A DNA stretch of 58,642 nucleotides from Candidatus Magasanikiibacteriota bacterium (GTDB taxonomy: Bacteria; Patescibacteriota; Patescibacteriia; Magasanikbacterales; UBA922), in assembly GCA_012800155.1 (NCBI GenBank), contig JAAZJX010000069.1:1-58642 (forward strand). The letters run 5' to 3'. Shown here one piece after another: positions 53,882-58,642 of the stretch; within the stretch, counting starts at the first letter, position 1, and every line of letters begins with the position of its first letter. The position numbers were made by a program, and so were the translations under genes. A model generated the notes under the pieces. It did not search any database, was not told where the DNA came from, and saw only the letters and a program-made list of their open reading frames with translations.

Positions 53882-55939
53882 TTATTTTTTCACCTCCGTT
53901 TTTTCTTGTTTGCAAGAACCCAAGAACAACCAATTACCATATTCACTAAACCATGGACAAACAAAACGCAACATTGTTCTGCTAACAGTGATTGCAGTGA
54001 ACATGCTAACTAAAATACCAATTGACAAAGTAACAGCAAAACCTTTTACAAATCCAGTACCAATCCACATCAACAATACACAACTAATCAAAGTAGAAAG
54101 ATTACTATCACGAATAGAAGTCCAAGCTCTTAAAAATCCTTCTTCTACGGCTACTCGTAAAGTTTTTCCAGCTCTTAATTCTTCTTTCATGCGTTCAAAA
54201 ATCAATACATTCGCATCTACTGCCATACCGATTGACAAAATAAAACCAGCAATACCAGACAAAGTCAAAGTTACTCCAATTAATTTAAATAAAGCCAAAG
54301 TAGTAAATACATAAACTGTCAAAGCAATTACTGATAAAAATCCTGGTAAACGATAATACAACAACATAAACAACATAATAGCTAAAATACCAATTATTCC
54401 AGCTCTCAAACTTAATTGTAATGATTGAATACCTAAACTAGCGCCAACAGTTTGTTGACTAACTAACTCAATAGGTACTGGCAAAGCACCAGTATTCAAT
54501 CTTTGAGAAAGTAATTGTGCTTCTTTGATATTAAAATTACCACTGATCACAGCCCGACCATCACGGATAACATCATTGACTGTTGGTACGCTGATTGGTT
54601 CTCCATCTAAGAAAATAGCCACAGGCTGACCAACATTTCTTTCTGTAATATCTGCAAATAATTGTTTACCTTCATTATCAAAAGATAAAGAAACTTGCAC
54701 CGCTCCTGTTTGAGGATCAGATACCACTTCAGCTTTTTCTAATTGTTTTCCCGATAAATCAGTATTTTTCCAAATATCCTGAGGAGGAATAATATCAGTT
54801 TCTGTTTTAGTATTTATTAAAATTCTAGATACTTCATAAGTTTTACTTCTTCTCTCATCAACTTTATAAATTATATGAAAACCAAAAGCTGTTTCAACCG
54901 GACCAACAATTTCTCCTACTTGAGTATTATCAAAAATTGCTTTTTCAAACTCAGGTATCATAACTCCTTTTCCAAACCAACCTAATTCTCCACCATTATC
55001 TTTGCTACCAGGATCAGATGAATTTTCTTTAGCTAATTGAGCAAAATTTGTAGCATTGGCTTGATTATAAATTTCTTGAGCTTTAGCTCTAGCTTCTTCT
55101 TTGGTATAAATAGGATTTTCACAACCTTGAGAACCAAGATAACAAATCAAAATATGACTAGCCTTAACTTCAATTTCTCCTTCTTGTTCTCCACCGCGTT
55201 TTAAAATATTATAACCATCAGTTGTTTCTAATAAAGTTTTACTAATTGATCCTTCTGCATTAGTACTGGCCCAAGCATAAATTTCTGGATAAATAGTATT
55301 ATTGCTTAAATATCCCATATAACCAGCATTATTTTTACTTATCATATCTTCAGAATATTCTGCAACTACAGAAGCAAAATCTGTACCAGCTTTTACTTTT
55401 TGCAAAGCTTGATTAGCTTTAATTTTTGCTTCTTTATTATAATTATCCATTTCTTTCTTTTCTTCAGCAGTTAATTCTCGAGCTGGCTCATTATTTATTT
55501 CTTTAAATTCCAAAATTGGTGTACCACCAATCATAGCAATAGCCTCTTTGATATCTGTTACTCCAGCTAATTCTACTGAAATACGATACTCTTCACCAAT
55601 TTTATTAGTTTGAACAATTGGTTCAGAAACTCCTAAAGAATTTATTCGGCGTTCAATAACATCTCTCACACCTTCAACAGCTGTTCCTATTTCATTATTA
55701 GCAATATTTGTAGTATCAGCTTGATAAATCAATTGAGCTCCACCTTGAAGATCCAATCCTAAATTAAAATTTTTTTCTGGTAAACGAGGTAAACCAAGAT
55801 GTAAATTATCATTTATAAAATCCAAACCTTTGTTGGCATAAACTGGAAAATCAAAAAAACTCGCTACTATCATAAGTACGAATATACCTACTATCCCCCA
55901 ACGGAGTTTAGAACGAATATTGGTTTTGTTTCTTTTCAT
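53882..55939 (-). CDS. secD: Mirror copy: SecD-parvulin fusion
   Basis: Identical to 2704-4761. Confidence 0.93.
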   Translation of the reverse strand: MKRNKTNIRSKLRWGIVGIFVLMIVASFFDFPVYANKGLDFINDNLHLGLPRLPEKNFNLGLDLQGGAQLIYQADTTNIANNEIGTAVEGVRDVIERRINSLGVSEPIVQTNKIGEEYRISVELAGVTDIKEAIAMIGGTPILEFKEINNEPARELTAEEKKEMDNYNKEAKIKANQALQKVKAGTDFASVVAEYSEDMISKNNAGYMGYLSNNTIYPEIYAWASTNAEGSISKTLLETTDGYNILKRGGEQEGEIEVKASHILICYLGSQGCENPIYTKEEARAKAQEIYNQANATNFAQLAKENSSDPGSKDNGGELGWFGKGVMIPEFEKAIFDNTQVGEIVGPVETAFGFHIIYKVDERRSKTYEVSRILINTKTETDIIPPQDIWKNTDLSGKQLEKAEVVSDPQTGAVQVSLSFDNEGKQLFADITERNVGQPVAIFLDGEPISVPTVNDVIRDGRAVISGNFNIKEAQLLSQRLNTGALPVPIELVSQQTVGASLGIQSLQLSLRAGIIGILAIMLFMLLYYRLPGFLSVIALTVYVFTTLALFKLIGVTLTLSGIAGFILSIGMAVDANVLIFERMKEELRAGKTLRVAVEEGFLRAWTSIRDSNLSTLISCVLLMWIGTGFVKGFAVTLSIGILVSMFTAITVSRTMLRFVCPWFSEYGNWLFLGSCKQEKTEVKK

Positions 55940-56010
55940 AACTAAAAATAAATTCGAACATTATTTTATAACAAACTTTAAAAAAGGTCAAGAAAAATTA
56001 ATCACAGAGC

Positions 56011-58641
56011 TTATTTTACTCTTATTACAACTTCATGCATAATATCCTCACCTTGTCTGTATGTACCATGTTCTTCTAAATCTAATTTTACACCCAAAAG
56101 ACGACTAAATTCAGATAATTTACTCTTAATCATAGAATAAGATGTTTGTTCACGCATTTGAGCATAAATTGGTAAAGGATTATTATTCGCTAAATATTCT
56201 ATTTTATATCTTTCTAAAAAAGCTATCATTAAAGCCAAGCCAGCACCCTTACCTTTTTCATTCACAGCAATATCTGTTACATAAATCATTTTTTCATTGC
56301 CCACTACACCTTCATAAGCAAAAATATAACCTTGCATTTTTTTATTTTTATCCTCATATTTAAAACTCATATTTGGTCGATCTTTTTGCTGATTGTTAAT
56401 ATCTTTAGCAATAAGACCATTTTCCATATTATGAATATGTTGTATTAAAGTTTTATTGTCAGCATAGGCTTTACCTTCTATAAAAGCTACTCGGAGAGAA
56501 TCTTCAAAAGTAAGTAAAGAAACACCCGGTTGACTAGATTGATATGAATCTCTTTGTTGACTATCATATTCAATAATTTTTTTAGATACAATTTCATCTT
56601 CAATTTTTTGAGGTGTTAAAGAATATACTGTAGAATGACTTTTATCAGTATAAGCTACAGGAGCAGCTGGAACATAAGTATTTTTTACTTCAGGTAAATT
56701 TGTCAAACTATCAGAAAAGCCTTTACCGATAACAACTTGTTCTTGTCGAAGATTATCTCTTTCACCATATCTACTTAAATACTCAAACATAAAATCTTGA
56801 TAAATCATTTCTATTTGTCTTGTAATTAACTCATTACTTCTTACATTAGGTGTTACTTCTACATTATCACAAGCTAAAATAAATTCTGACTGAGTTAAAA
56901 TATCTTCAGGAAGAATATCTTGAATAGCTGGTTTATTTGTATCTTGCATGGCTGAAAAAACTTTTTGAACATTTTCCTTTATATCTACATCTTTAGTCAA
57001 GACACTTTGAGCTATGGTACGCCAAGTATTATCTGGGCGTTGTTGTTGTAAAGTAAAAATAGTGCAATCTGGATTAAAAGTATAAATATTATTTTTACCA
57101 GAACCAAACGGCATACAACAAGAAGTATCATTACCTGCTACGACACCCTCTGGATCTGATTTAGCATTAATTTTAGCACGATATTTAATTGTCTGACCAA
57201 CTGTTTGTTGTTTTTTATTATCCATTCCCAAAAACTGTAATATTTGTTTTTGTATTTCTGGAGATAATTCCTGTTCTTCTTCATTTCGTATATATTCTTT
57301 AAAATCTATATCATTTTCTTTTAGTAATTCTCCAATTAAACGAATTAAATCTCCTGGTTTTTTTCTACTTCCAGGAATCCGCTTGTTTTGTTTTAAATCA
57401 AAATAACCTAATTGCTCTCTTAATATAGTTCTAATTGTTTTTTCTGGCTCTTGTTCTCTTCTTTTTTCAAAAGGAAGTTCATATTCAATTTCAAATGGTT
57501 GAAAAACTTGTAATTCATCCAAACTACCTTCCACCAAAGCATCTCGTAAATTCTCTGCATTTAAATCTAAATAAGGTATTTCCACATAATTAGAAGGTTT
57601 TTTGTTTTCATGCGCACTCTGTGAATGTCCATCATCAATTTCTAAAAATTTAGCTGGACTACGCCAAAATTCTAAAACAGCTTGCATGCTAATATTTGGA
57701 TGAAAAGCCAAAGTTTCTATGTATTTATATAATTCTGCTTTTCCCTCTTGTTTAAGTTTTTGTAAATCCTTTAAAATTTCAATTTTCTTTAATAATTGAC
57801 AAAGTTCATAATATTTATATAAGTTTTTCCACGAAGCAAAAATTTGTTCTTGTGAAGACAAATCTTGAGCTAATTGTTGCAATTTATCTACATCAGCATA
57901 TTTTTTTACTTGAGCTAAAATTTCTTCAATATTAGAATTAAAATTCACAGCCACATGATTAAATTCATGATGAGCTGTACCAGAATCATATCTAGCGCCA
58001 TCTTTATTAACTTGAAAAAGAATATTACCAAAAAATTCTTTTTCTGAAAGATTACTAGATTCATACATCGCAATCACATAACCAAGTTGGTGTAAAGCAT
58101 CATGACGAGAAAGATCTTGACGCTGACAATAAGTAAACATTTTATCATAACCAAATATCTCAGCTCCACGCTGAAATGGCATAGAAACATTTTGTTCATC
58201 CTGCCATTCAGGAAGTTCATCATTATTTATAATACTTTCATAAATACTTTTACCAGCATCTTTTGTAAAAATATCAATACCATTTTGTTTAGCTACATGA
58301 GCTTCTGGGTAAGTTATTTTTACTCTTTGATCAATTTTATTTAAATCTTCTCTATTAAAAAAACATTCATAATTATGTTCAATAAGCCAACTTAAATAAG
58401 ATAAATTATTTTGATTTTCTCTTAATAATTCTTCCCATGTTTTTATATTTAATTTTTCTACAAAAGAATTTATTGAAAAATTAATATGATCTATTTCTGG
58501 AGGTAAAATACCTAAGTCTAAGATTTCTTTAGCTTCGTTTATCCAACTATTTTTTAAACTTTCTCTCAAACCTTCTTTAGCAATTTCTTTAACTTCTTCA
58601 GACTGAATAAAATCTGAAGGTAAAATACCTAAGTCTAAGAT
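56011..58641 (-). CDS. Mirror copy: large repeat/GNAT-like hypothetical protein (partial)
   Basis: Reverse complement of 2-2632. Confidence 0.78.
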   Translation of the reverse strand: MLDLGILPSDFIQSEEVKEIAKEGLRESLKNSWINEAKEILDLGILPPEIDHINFSINSFVEKLNIKTWEELLRENQNNLSYLSWLIEHNYECFFNREDLNKIDQRVKITYPEAHVAKQNGIDIFTKDAGKSIYESIINNDELPEWQDEQNVSMPFQRGAEIFGYDKMFTYCQRQDLSRHDALHQLGYVIAMYESSNLSEKEFFGNILFQVNKDGARYDSGTAHHEFNHVAVNFNSNIEEILAQVKKYADVDKLQQLAQDLSSQEQIFASWKNLYKYYELCQLLKKIEILKDLQKLKQEGKAELYKYIETLAFHPNISMQAVLEFWRSPAKFLEIDDGHSQSAHENKKPSNYVEIPYLDLNAENLRDALVEGSLDELQVFQPFEIEYELPFEKRREQEPEKTIRTILREQLGYFDLKQNKRIPGSRKKPGDLIRLIGELLKENDIDFKEYIRNEEEQELSPEIQKQILQFLGMDNKKQQTVGQTIKYRAKINAKSDPEGVVAGNDTSCCMPFGSGKNNIYTFNPDCTIFTLQQQRPDNTWRTIAQSVLTKDVDIKENVQKVFSAMQDTNKPAIQDILPEDILTQSEFILACDNVEVTPNVRSNELITRQIEMIYQDFMFEYLSRYGERDNLRQEQVVIGKGFSDSLTNLPEVKNTYVPAAPVAYTDKSHSTVYSLTPQKIEDEIVSKKIIEYDSQQRDSYQSSQPGVSLLTFEDSLRVAFIEGKAYADNKTLIQHIHNMENGLIAKDINNQQKDRPNMSFKYEDKNKKMQGYIFAYEGVVGNEKMIYVTDIAVNEKGKGAGLALMIAFLERYKIEYLANNNPLPIYAQMREQTSYSMIKSKLSEFSRLLGVKLDLEEHGTYRQGEDIMHEVVIRVK

Positions 58642-58642
58642 T

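Overview
The whole 58,642-bp window is a single inverted repeat: position i mirrors position 58643-i, with the axis between 29321 and 29322. Every ORF in the track has a mirror copy with an identical protein, so there are only about 29.3 kb of unique sequence. The unique arm is AT-rich bacterial chromosomal DNA, most consistent with Patescibacteria/CPR (inference), using the standard genetic code. In order it carries: a 5'-truncated repeat protein with a GNAT-like C-terminus, secD with inserted parvulin domains, secF, two hypothetical membrane proteins, dnaG, rpoD with a Lys-rich N-terminus, Mn/Fe-SOD, a thioredoxin/DsbD-like fusion, an RNase H-like exonuclease, an Rrf2-iscS-iscU-ferredoxin cluster, rsmI, metG, cvpA, tatD, a complete F1Fo ATP synthase operon, a CPA2 antiporter, and an uncalled 43-aa 8-Cys microprotein. 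The axis lies in a terminator-like hairpin just after this microprotein. The most economical explanation is an assembly or amplification fold-back. A covalently closed hairpin telomere of a linear chromosome cannot be excluded from sequence alone, but no protelomerase is recognisable here. No rRNA, tRNA, CRISPR or intact mobile element was recognised.
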